From NCBI GenBank assembly GCA_964601175.1, contig CAZRMJ010000004.1, positions 1 through 63,218 of the forward strand: 63,218 nt of DNA. Direction: 5' to 3'. Made by a program: the position numbers and the translations under genes. The notes beneath the pieces were generated by a model. The model ran no database searches, was not told the origin of the DNA, and saw only the letters and a program-made list of their open reading frames with translations. Below are positions 18,332-27,250 of the stretch, piece after piece (position 1 is the stretch's first letter; every line of letters begins with the position of its first letter). Origin of the DNA: Candidatus Woesearchaeota archaeon (GTDB lineage: Archaea; Nanobdellota; Nanobdellia; Pacearchaeales; GW2011-AR1).

Positions 18332-19699
18332 TTACTTGCCAATCATTTTTTCAATTAACTTACGAACAGAATTAGAGTCAGCTCTTCTATTTGTAGCCCT
18401 CATAACTTCTCCGATCAAATAATTGAAAGCCTTAATATCTCCTCTAACAACTTCATCTACAACTTTTTTATTATCTTTAATAACTTTAGTAACAAAAGGT
18501 TCAAGTTCTTTTTCACTAGAAATCTTTCCATCAACATTAGAAGAATCAAAGCTATTAGGAACAAATTTATTCAAAATTTGTTTAGCTTGAAGCTCAGTTA
18601 TTTTCTTATCCTTTACTAAATTCAATAATTTTACAAAATGATCCGCATCTATAGAAACTTCAGAAAGTTTCTTACTGTTATAATTCAAAACTCTTAGAAG
18701 TTCTACAGTAACCCAAGGCAAAGCAAACTTACCATCTATTTTAGAAGCAACGTCCTCAAAAAACATTGCTACATCTAGATCTCTTGCAAGAACGGAAGCA
18801 TCATGAGGTTTAACCTTATATTTCTTAATTAATTTTTCAAGTTTTACAGAAGGAAGTTCCGGAATAAGTTTTTTCTGTGAATCTATAAGTTTTTTATCTA
18901 AAATCGCGACAGGCAAATCAGGATCAACAATAAATCTATAATCATCAGCTTGTTCTTTCCCACGCATCCTCATTGTAACGCCTTTAGATTCATCAAATCT
19001 TCTAGTTTCCCTAACGCTCCCCTCTTTAGATTGGCGTTCATATTCAAACAAAATTGCAGATTTCATAGCTTCGATAGAAGTAATGTTTTTTATTTCAACT
19101 CTTTCAGTTAATTGTTTACCAGAATCATCAACTAAAGAAACATTAACATCTGCTTTAATTCCAGCATTAGTATCTACAATTTTTAGATAATTCAAAGCAT
19201 GAACAAATTTATTGACCCAATTATAAACTTCATCTGCACTTTTGAAATCGGGAGCGGTAACAATCTCTACTAAAGGAAGTCCCGATCTATTGTAATCTAC
19301 TGCTCCAGATTTAGGATCCCATGATGCAGGATCTTCTTCCAAATGCATACTTTCAATATTGATATCTTCAAATTTACCATTAACTCCCAACGGAATAGCA
19401 TGAGGACCGCTCATAGTATTTTGATAACCTTTAGGTAAGTCAGGCCAATCGTAATGTTTTCTCATCCAAGGCATTTTATTATTTAATTTGCAAGATAGAA
19501 GCAATGCTATTTGTATGGCTCTTTCAATAGCAGTTAAATTTGGAGCCATAGGCTTAGCACCAGGTTGACCAGTGCAAATAGGACAGATATAAGTGTTAGG
19601 TTCAAGACCTCTTTCACGAGAAGCTTTACATCTACAGAAAAGCTTTTCTTTTGTTACAAGATATGTATGAATCTCCAAACCACATTTAAGCTTCACCAT
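18332..19699 (-). CDS. gatB: Asp/Glu-tRNA amidotransferase subunit B
   Basis: 455 aa; KCGLEIHTYL..KLFCRC, SGLPLVEIVTAPD, DVNVS, and a GatB/YqeY C-terminal domain. Confidence 0.9.
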   Translation of the reverse strand: MVKLKCGLEIHTYLVTKEKLFCRCKASRERGLEPNTYICPICTGQPGAKPMAPNLTAIERAIQIALLLSCKLNNKMPWMRKHYDWPDLPKGYQNTMSGPHAIPLGVNGKFEDINIESMHLEEDPASWDPKSGAVDYNRSGLPLVEIVTAPDFKSADEVYNWVNKFVHALNYLKIVDTNAGIKADVNVSLVDDSGKQLTERVEIKNITSIEAMKSAILFEYERQSKEGSVRETRRFDESKGVTMRMRGKEQADDYRFIVDPDLPVAILDKKLIDSQKKLIPELPSVKLEKLIKKYKVKPHDASVLARDLDVAMFFEDVASKIDGKFALPWVTVELLRVLNYNSKKLSEVSIDADHFVKLLNLVKDKKITELQAKQILNKFVPNSFDSSNVDGKISSEKELEPFVTKVIKDNKKVVDEVVRGDIKAFNYLIGEVMRATNRRADSNSVRKLIEKMIGK

Positions 19700-19733
19700 A
19701 AAAAGAATAAAAATAAAGACTATATTAAGTTAA

Positions 19734-20423
19734 TTAATTGCTTCCAAATCTTCTATTTCTATTAGAAAAGTCTTCAATAGCTTTAACCAACTCTTTAGAA
19801 GTAAAATCTGGAAAATGTATATTTGCAAAATAAAATTCACTATAAACTGATTGAAAAGGCATAAACCCGCTTAATCTTCTTTCCCCTGAAGTTCTTATTA
19901 TCAAATCAGGATCCGGAATTCCGTATGAATCAAGATTGTCTGCAATTTCTTTCTCACTGATTTCAGAAGCCCCAGATTTCAAGATCTTGTTGATAGCCCT
20001 CACAATTTCATCCCTTCCCCCATAATCAATACATAAGATAAGAGTAAAATCTTGAAAATCTTTAGTCTTAGATTCAAGCATTTCCAAACTATTAGCAACT
20101 TCTTTTGGAAGCCTATTCTTTCTACCAAAATGTTTTATTCTAATTTTATTCTTAATAGCTCCATCAAGAAGTTTAGGAACATTTTTAGAAAAATGATTAA
20201 ACAAAAAATTAACCTCTAATTTTGGCCTATTCCAATTCTCTGTAGAAAAAAACCATAGACTCATATATTTAACTCCAAGATTTTTAGCTCCAATTATCAA
20301 ACTCTCAAGATGCTCGTAATCGACTTTGGAATAACCATCCGTTTTAACTAAACCTTTAGAAGTAGCCCATCTACGATTACCATCTGGAATTATAGCAACA
20401 TGTAATGGAATTTTTTTTGACAT
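19734..20423 (-). CDS. uppS: Cis-prenyltransferase (undecaprenyl/tritrans,polycis-polyprenyl diphosphate synthase)
   Basis: 229 aa; HVAIIPDGNRRWA, FSTENWNRP, IRTSGERRLSGF. Confidence 0.9.
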   Translation of the reverse strand: MSKKIPLHVAIIPDGNRRWATSKGLVKTDGYSKVDYEHLESLIIGAKNLGVKYMSLWFFSTENWNRPKLEVNFLFNHFSKNVPKLLDGAIKNKIRIKHFGRKNRLPKEVANSLEMLESKTKDFQDFTLILCIDYGGRDEIVRAINKILKSGASEISEKEIADNLDSYGIPDPDLIIRTSGERRLSGFMPFQSVYSEFYFANIHFPDFTSKELVKAIEDFSNRNRRFGSN

Positions 20424-20464
20424 ATAAAGACTTCAAAAACCGAGTTTTTAAATCCAACTATAAG

Positions 20465-21517
20465 TTAGACTCTTTTCAAAACTTCTTCTTTGAACTTATC
20501 GAGATCTGAAGTATCAATTCTAGCACCAACTGCATCTCTGTGCCCTCCACCAGTTCCACGTCCCAAAACACCAAGGACTTCCGATAATATTTTAGAAACA
20601 TTTTTTCCCCTAAAGGAGATATTTGTAATTGGACCAGAACTATAAGCTACGCAGATATAATGCTTAGGATAAAGATATGAAAGCTCATTAGCTAAATCAG
20701 AGCTAATGCTAAGTTGCCCTCCATAATTGTAAAACAATAACTTATCCGAAGCACATTTATTAGCTTCACCTAACAAAGATTGATACTTTTTGGATATCTC
20801 TGAATATTTAGCAGCAAAAGCACTTTTGCTATCGAGCCCATGCTCTAAATCTACGGGATCCTTACAATTAATCAAAAAATTCTGTAATTCAACGACATGA
20901 GTAATAGAATCTTTAAGCCCGAAACTTAAGGATCTCGCAAGTTTTCCTATTAAAGTAGAGTAAAGTCCTTGGAACGGTTTTTTAATATCGTTAGCCCAAA
21001 AATGTTCATATTTTTCTACAAAATCTTTAACAACTGATTTGTTAAGATAGTGATCAGATAAACATCCCATCATAGCAATCCAAACATCTTCAAACCTCTT
21101 AGTGGCTTTGTAACACAAATAAGTAGTTGGCTCAGCACTTCTTCTTTTATTTTTAGAAGGATTATAAGTATGAAGCATATTGTAAGTTCCAGATTTACTC
21201 TCGACATCATGATGATCTATCCAAACAATAGGGATCTGAAGCATCTCAATTTCCTTAACAAAATCCTCTCCAAGAGAATGCCTGTCTAAAACAAAAACAT
21301 AATCTCCTCCTAATTCCTGAACCCTTTTAGCATAATTGATATCTATATTCGGATGAGATTTAACTGCAACACCTTTACCTCTTCCAATAAATCTTCTCAA
21401 AACAACATAGCTACATAATCCGTCAACATCATTATCATAAAGAAAAATAGGGTTTTGTGCCTTTTCTAAATGATTTCTAATCTCTTCTAATTGCTTCTTA
21501 CTTAACATATTAATCAA
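20465..21517 (-). CDS. DHH/DHHA1 family phosphoesterase (RecJ/NrnA-like)
   Basis: 350 aa; DNDVDGLCS (motif I), WIDHHD (DHH), GGGHRDAVGA (DHHA1 GGGH). Confidence 0.75.
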   Translation of the reverse strand: MINMLSKKQLEEIRNHLEKAQNPIFLYDNDVDGLCSYVVLRRFIGRGKGVAVKSHPNIDINYAKRVQELGGDYVFVLDRHSLGEDFVKEIEMLQIPIVWIDHHDVESKSGTYNMLHTYNPSKNKRRSAEPTTYLCYKATKRFEDVWIAMMGCLSDHYLNKSVVKDFVEKYEHFWANDIKKPFQGLYSTLIGKLARSLSFGLKDSITHVVELQNFLINCKDPVDLEHGLDSKSAFAAKYSEISKKYQSLLGEANKCASDKLLFYNYGGQLSISSDLANELSYLYPKHYICVAYSSGPITNISFRGKNVSKILSEVLGVLGRGTGGGHRDAVGARIDTSDLDKFKEEVLKRV

Positions 21518-21547
21518 AGAAAAATAGCGTTTTTAAGTCTTAATAAC

Positions 21548-23782
21548 TCAAGCTATTCCAATAACTCCATAGCCAAAGTTATTTGAAAGTTTAATAGATC
21601 CAACCTCTGACAAATTATCAATATTATTAGCCTTAATCAAATAATCAGAAACTGTATATAAAGAATCTCCTATAGTCAAAGATCTGTAAACATAACCTTG
21701 AGTTGGGAAATATTGCCTGTCTTCTCCAACGTCATTTGTAGAATCCTGTTTAAGATCATGAGCTATTTTTCCTCTAAGAGATATTCCATCACTTCCAATT
21801 TTGAAAACAAAAGCTCCTTGCCAATATTTCCAATTATTTCCTGATTGTTCAGAATAACTAACTGGAATAACTAACAAACCATTTTCATAATCTAATAAAA
21901 CAGATTTTGGTTCATACTCTGCATCCGAAGAAGAATAATCTGCATCAAGAACATAACTACTAAGCTCTTTAGGATTTTCAAAATCTGAAACATCTATTAA
22001 AGAAACCTTTAAATTCTGAGGTCCAAAACTATTTGAAGAAGCTCTTCCTATTCCTAAAACAAGATGATCTCCTATAGGTTGAAGATAGTTAGAAAATCCT
22101 TTAATTTTAGAATATCCTAAAACTTCTGGTTTAGTAGAATCAGATAAATCAATAACATAAAATTGGCTGTTCTCTCTTGATGTAGTCATATAAGCATAAT
22201 TTTCCAAAAATCTAACAGAATAAATCTGATCACCCTGAGCAAAATCTTCAATTTTACCTAAAATATTCAGATCAGAATCTAAAACATAAATATTGTTAAA
22301 AGAGTTAGAATAACCTCCAAAAATATTTCCGCTATTAGTTACAACTCTAAGATTCCCTTCAAATTCACTAATTGAAAATTGATTAAATATATACCCAGGA
22401 ATTTCTGCAACGCCACCATAAGATATATCTAATCCGTCTATATTTATCTTATGAATCAAAGTTTTTTCATATTCCTTGGAAAGTTGTGAATAATATTTAC
22501 CAATTGCAACACCATAAGACTTCTCAAAATCTTTTTTTTCATCCGAAGACAATCTGTTAAAGTATTCCTGTATTACTAATCTAATTTTGTCAGATTTAAC
22601 TGAATAATCACTATCTGAATTGATTATATCCTCTATTTTTGATCTAGAATTAGAGTCAACTAAATCAAGATAAACTTTAAGATCATCTCCTGATTGGATT
22701 TTTGAATAATCATAAGGCTTAGAACTTGCAATATAGATAGCATTATCTGAAACATAAATCGCACTTCCAGAACCTGTAATAAATACATCCCCATTAAAGT
22801 CTAAAGATTCAATATCTATGGCCATTACAGAAGTAAACATTGGATTTGATTGTAAATATCCTGGATAATAAACGCTATTCAGATCCGCTATTTTATTATC
22901 TCCGTCAGCTCCAAAAAATGGGATAACTGGATCTGCATAATTTACATATTTATTGGAAATGACATAAATTTTATTGTCGATAATTCTCGAAGAATAATAA
23001 GACCCCTCTACAGAAAAGTCCTTAAGAAGTTTAGGATCATAAACAAAATTTCCAGTTATGTCATAAATGTGTATGTTAACATAAGGACCATAACCTTCTC
23101 TAGGGGGAACTATTCCAGAATTTCCAGGAGAAGAAACTCCTTTTTCTGAAACAAATGTCTGATCAGGACCAAGATTCTGAGGATCTGCCATTATTGTAGG
23201 GTCTGGAATTCCTTTGCTCTCTTCTACAACTGAAGGAGAGCTATTTTTTACAGAGCCTTCAGGTAATTCGATAGAAGGATATTGAATATCTCCTCCTTGT
23301 CCATATGCCGACTCTAAGACAATTAGTTTGCCATCATTCACAAAAATTCCAGTTACATAATTATCAAAACTCAATTCTGAGATAATCTTCATAGAGTCCG
23401 CAGGATAAGCATTTATGATGTAAACTTTATTTGAACTAATTTTATAGATATATTTACCATCATTCTTAACAATATCAGGCTCGTCAACTCCAGAAACTTG
23501 AACATTAGTAGACGAATATGAAATTGTTTTCTGAGGATCCGCGCTTCCCTCTGAAGCTGAAACACCCGCAGCATCTTGACTAAATGAATCTAAAGAAATA
23601 GAGTTTTTAGAATTGAAATTTAAAGAGGAACTTTGCTTGTTAGATTCATCTAAATAAGAAACAAGCTCGCTATATGAGCTAACCCTCTTCAAATCATTAG
23701 AAGAGTTAGCAGAGTAATAAACAGCAAATAAAGCCAAAACAACTATACCAGATAACACTCCAATCAAAATTTTCTTATTCAT
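21548..23782 (-). CDS. Secreted beta-propeller domain protein
   Basis: 744 aa with an N-terminal anchor/signal (ILIGVLSGIVVLALFAVYY). NVQVSGVDEPDIVKNDGKYIY and repeated blade-like segments resemble the secreted C-terminal beta-propeller family that is commonly paired with an ArsR-type gene. Confidence 0.6.
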   Translation of the reverse strand: MNKKILIGVLSGIVVLALFAVYYSANSSNDLKRVSSYSELVSYLDESNKQSSSLNFNSKNSISLDSFSQDAAGVSASEGSADPQKTISYSSTNVQVSGVDEPDIVKNDGKYIYKISSNKVYIINAYPADSMKIISELSFDNYVTGIFVNDGKLIVLESAYGQGGDIQYPSIELPEGSVKNSSPSVVEESKGIPDPTIMADPQNLGPDQTFVSEKGVSSPGNSGIVPPREGYGPYVNIHIYDITGNFVYDPKLLKDFSVEGSYYSSRIIDNKIYVISNKYVNYADPVIPFFGADGDNKIADLNSVYYPGYLQSNPMFTSVMAIDIESLDFNGDVFITGSGSAIYVSDNAIYIASSKPYDYSKIQSGDDLKVYLDLVDSNSRSKIEDIINSDSDYSVKSDKIRLVIQEYFNRLSSDEKKDFEKSYGVAIGKYYSQLSKEYEKTLIHKINIDGLDISYGGVAEIPGYIFNQFSISEFEGNLRVVTNSGNIFGGYSNSFNNIYVLDSDLNILGKIEDFAQGDQIYSVRFLENYAYMTTSRENSQFYVIDLSDSTKPEVLGYSKIKGFSNYLQPIGDHLVLGIGRASSNSFGPQNLKVSLIDVSDFENPKELSSYVLDADYSSSDAEYEPKSVLLDYENGLLVIPVSYSEQSGNNWKYWQGAFVFKIGSDGISLRGKIAHDLKQDSTNDVGEDRQYFPTQGYVYRSLTIGDSLYTVSDYLIKANNIDNLSEVGSIKLSNNFGYGVIGIA

Positions 23783-24351
23783 TTAATAGGCCTCCTAGAA
23801 GACATCCAATCAAATATTAAAGCAATTGCTATAGAAAACAGAGCTCCTGCAATGAAAAATATCCATCCAAAGCTAGCAATACTAACATTTCCAGCAACCG
23901 CTGAATTTGCAGCTAGTACTGTAGCTTGAGCACTTTCAGCTAAAGCCTTATTTGAAATCTCATTAGCAGAACTATAAGAATAAGATCTCAAAAATAAACC
24001 AAGAACTGCAGAAGCAATAATAGCAGGAACAATCCCCCTGGTAGCCCTCTTAGGAGAAATTACTATTTGCTTATTTGCAACTTTGTAAACTGGAGTTTTC
24101 TTCCCCTTAACACTCCAAAAAAAGTTAGAAGATTTTTCAACAAGTCCTGAAGAGATTAATTTATCTAAATTATAGCCAGTAGTATTCAAAGGAATTCCAA
24201 GATTGCCCGCAATATCTCCTGCAGTCAATTCTTTCTCTGCAAGTAATCCAAGAATCTTTATGCAAGTTTTATTAGACAAAGCTTCAGCTACCAAAGCAGT
24301 CTTGGGATTATCCAAATCAATAACTATTGAACTTTTACTCATGGAGAACAA
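23779..24351 (-). CDS. ArsR-family winged-helix regulator fused to C-terminal transmembrane segments
   Basis: 190 aa; ALSNKTCIKILGLLAEKELTAGDIAGNLGIPLNTTGYNLDKLISSGLVEK plus 2 hydrophobic helices. There is a 4-nt overlap with the downstream propeller gene. Confidence 0.7.
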   Translation of the reverse strand: MFSMSKSSIVIDLDNPKTALVAEALSNKTCIKILGLLAEKELTAGDIAGNLGIPLNTTGYNLDKLISSGLVEKSSNFFWSVKGKKTPVYKVANKQIVISPKRATRGIVPAIIASAVLGLFLRSYSYSSANEISNKALAESAQATVLAANSAVAGNVSIASFGWIFFIAGALFSIAIALIFDWMSSRRPIK

Positions 24352-24453
24352 AGATTAAGGTAATATTTAAACCCTTAACAAAACTTCAATTCAAATTGAA
24401 CAATACAACAAAATCATAAAAATCTTTAAATAGTCATATAATTAAAGAGAACC

Positions 24454-24651
24454 ATGAATAAATGGTCTGAACTTATTGTTGGTCTTGTTCTGTTAATCGG
24501 AGTAATAGCTGGAGCATACTACTCTCAAAACTGGGGAGCATGGAACTTCTGGAACGCAGCTGGAGAATTCTTCAAAGGCGGAGTATTCTGGCTAATAGCA
24601 ATGATTGGTGCTCTTTTCATACTTTTAGGAATTTCTGACTTAAAAAACTAA
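24454..24651 (+). CDS. Small two-helix membrane protein
   Basis: 65 aa with two hydrophobic helices, in an intergenic position with a TATA-like upstream sequence. Confidence 0.4.
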   Translation: MNKWSELIVGLVLLIGVIAGAYYSQNWGAWNFWNAAGEFFKGGVFWLIAMIGALFILLGISDLKN

Positions 24652-24688
24652 TAATTAGATTTAATAACAAAAAAGTATTCTTTACCTT

Positions 24689-24952
24689 ATGAAAAATAGA
24701 AGGGTGAATAAAAATATAAGGCTGGAAGAAGAAAGCGCACTACTTGCTAACGAAAGAACTTTTCTGTCTTATATCAGAACAACATTTTCTGCATTAATTC
24801 TCGGATTCGCATTAATACAGCTATCTAATAGAAGCCCATCACTTCTAAGAATAGGTTTAGCAACAATAATCGGTGGAATAATTTTAGGATTAATAGGATT
24901 CATAGAATATAGATTACACAAAAAAAGAATAAGATTAGAAGCAATAGAATAA
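24689..24952 (+). CDS. DUF202 (YidH-like) membrane protein
   Basis: 87 aa; LANERTFLSYIRT motif followed by 2 TM helices. Confidence 0.6.
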   Translation: MKNRRVNKNIRLEEESALLANERTFLSYIRTTFSALILGFALIQLSNRSPSLLRIGLATIIGGIILGLIGFIEYRLHKKRIRLEAIE

Positions 24953-25003
24953 TATCTTGAAAAATACAATAATTTCTATAAACTTCAAATTAAACAACTA
25001 AAA

Positions 25004-26170
25004 GTGATCTGTAAAATATGCTATGAAGAGGATTGCGATAAACATTCTTTTTTTATAGGTAAAACAGTAAAACTTCAAAATTTTTCAGGTTCAACCCCTC
25101 CAGAGATATTTGTAGGAAAGTGGAATTACCCAAATGTCTATACGGGAATATTGGCACCACAAGAGACCGGGGATACTAGAATAATGTCTTCTCCAGAGTC
25201 CTGGCATGAAAATAAATTATCCATTTCTCAAATAGTAAACTACAGAAATCAATTAATTTATGGAAGAACTCAAAGCAATATAAGAAAATTAGAAACAAAA
25301 TTTTTATCTGTAATGAAAGAAGTAGCAATGACGCATAAATCCATAGCTACAGAATTTCATCTAAAAAAACCGGTAACTGCAAATAAAGAGCAAGATGATA
25401 GAAGTCCTTTAATTCCAAGAGCAGCAGAAATAGATAAAGCAGAGTTACAAGAAAATGCTCCAGTAAAACAAAAAGTAGATTATTTAGTAAATGATGTAGA
25501 AACCAAATCTGCCACAGCAATACAAGAACTACATAAGTCAAATATACAAACTTCCACGATAATAAAAATACTTTCTTCAGGACTTCTAGGTTTAAAGAAA
25601 AATAGAAAACTTGTGCCTACAAGATGGAGCATAACCGCAGTAGATGATACTATTTCAAAGAATAAACTAGAAAAGATAAAACAATATCAAGAAATATCTG
25701 AATATCTAGTATTTAACGCAGAATATTTAGGAAACCACTATGAATTTCTGCTATTGCCAGATTCATTCGCATTTGAAGTAATTGAAATAAGCATAAAAAA
25801 TCCATATCAACAGGGAGTATGGCAAGATTATGAAACAATATTTAGTAGAAAAAAATATGCGGACAATGTTACTGGAGGATATTATGCAACTAGATTAGCA
25901 TTATCAGAATACTTAGAATCGATAAAAAGACAAGCAACATGCATAGTAATGAGAGAAGTAAGACCTCAATATTATGCACCTTGCGGAGTAGGAATATTAA
26001 GGGAAACAAGCAGAGAAGCTTTCAAAAAGCAGCCAGAAAGATTCAACACATTAAATGAAGCATTAAATCAAATCCAGTCAAGATTGAAACAACCAGTATC
26101 AAATTACACATCAAGATCAGCAATACTTAAAATGAAGAAAGCTCAAACAAAACTATCTAATTTTATTTAA
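25004..26170 (+). CDS. Nre-family (archaeal NreA-like) putative DNA repair protein
   Basis: 388 aa, GTG start. It has N-terminal Cys residues, TPPEIFVGKWNYPNVYTGILAP resembles the Nre N-domain pattern, and PTRWSITAVDD is also present. Confidence 0.5.
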   Translation: MICKICYEEDCDKHSFFIGKTVKLQNFSGSTPPEIFVGKWNYPNVYTGILAPQETGDTRIMSSPESWHENKLSISQIVNYRNQLIYGRTQSNIRKLETKFLSVMKEVAMTHKSIATEFHLKKPVTANKEQDDRSPLIPRAAEIDKAELQENAPVKQKVDYLVNDVETKSATAIQELHKSNIQTSTIIKILSSGLLGLKKNRKLVPTRWSITAVDDTISKNKLEKIKQYQEISEYLVFNAEYLGNHYEFLLLPDSFAFEVIEISIKNPYQQGVWQDYETIFSRKKYADNVTGGYYATRLALSEYLESIKRQATCIVMREVRPQYYAPCGVGILRETSREAFKKQPERFNTLNEALNQIQSRLKQPVSNYTSRSAILKMKKAQTKLSNFI

Positions 26171-26191
26171 TCAATAGAGTATAACTAAAAA

Positions 26192-26626
26192 CTACCTTTT
26201 ACTCCAAGCAACAATACCAATTATGATAAGATTCACAAAAGGAATCACTGTAAGCAAACTCCACCATCCAGGATACTTAAATTTCTCAAACAATTTCCAA
26301 TGCCAAATAACTACGACAACTGAAAATACAACTTGAGCCACAAAGCTGAGAAAGTGCAAAGGCAAAAAGAATCCTGCAATCAAAATCCAAGGCCACCAAT
26401 GCATTCCAGAAGATTTATACACTATAATTAAAGGGCCTATAAATGGTATCCATGCAATCCCAGGAGATTTTTGCTTAGCCTTTTTAGCTATTGAAGAATA
26501 AGCAAAAGACAAATAAATGTAGAGAGCAATAAATGCAAAAACAAATATCAAAAATAAAGCACCAAGAACTGCGAATAAACCAGCTTTTAAATTTTCATCT
26601 GTAATTGAAAGATTTTGCAAAAACAA
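26192..26626 (-). CDS. Hypothetical multi-pass membrane protein
   Basis: 144 aa with 4 hydrophobic segments; TTG start in the track. Confidence 0.4.
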   Translation of the reverse strand: MFLQNLSITDENLKAGLFAVLGALFLIFVFAFIALYIYLSFAYSSIAKKAKQKSPGIAWIPFIGPLIIVYKSSGMHWWPWILIAGFFLPLHFLSFVAQVVFSVVVVIWHWKLFEKFKYPGWWSLLTVIPFVNLIIIGIVAWSKR

Positions 26627-26640
26627 AGCTGCAAAATCAA

Positions 26641-27210
26641 TTAAGCATTTTCCTTGTTAAGTCTCTTCAAAACATCCTTAACATTTTTATTTAGCTGTAC
26701 CATTGAATCGTCAAGTTCTGCTTTATTTTTAGTACCTGTACAAACAAGCTTTCCATTTGAAAAAAGTAAGAAAGTTGCATTAGGAGTACCTAATTTGTAA
26801 ACCAATCCAGGAAATTGTTCGGGCTCATATTCAGTATTTTCTAATTCTAAAGCAAGAATATTCAAATTCAAATCAACATCTATGCTTCCAGAAGCGACAA
26901 TATTCTGAACAGTTATCTTTGGAGTTGCAGTAATTCTAACTCCTATTTTAGAAAGCTGTTTAATAACTTGATTAACAACTTCTTTAACTTGAGCAATGCT
27001 TTTAGTACCTGTACAAACCAAGTTCCCCGAAGAAAAAACAAGAACTGCAGACTTAGGTTTCTTAACTCTTAAAACAAGTCCCGGAAACTGTTCAGGATTA
27101 TACTCAGTATTACTCTGAGTCTTAGCCAGCTTTGTCAAAGAAACTTCCTTCCCAAGAGAAGCAGTAGCGACAATATTCTGAACAGTTAAATTAGATTTTA
27201 CGTCAGACAT
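26641..27210 (-). CDS. tbp: TATA-box binding protein
   Basis: 189 aa; two direct repeats of QNIVA(T/S)..EYNPEQFPGLVLR / EYEPEQFPGLVYK ..LVCTG. Confidence 0.9.
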   Translation of the reverse strand: MSDVKSNLTVQNIVATASLGKEVSLTKLAKTQSNTEYNPEQFPGLVLRVKKPKSAVLVFSSGNLVCTGTKSIAQVKEVVNQVIKQLSKIGVRITATPKITVQNIVASGSIDVDLNLNILALELENTEYEPEQFPGLVYKLGTPNATFLLFSNGKLVCTGTKNKAELDDSMVQLNKNVKDVLKRLNKENA

Positions 27211-27250
27211 CTCAAAGGTATTTAAATAAAGGCCTTTATAAACCTTGTTT

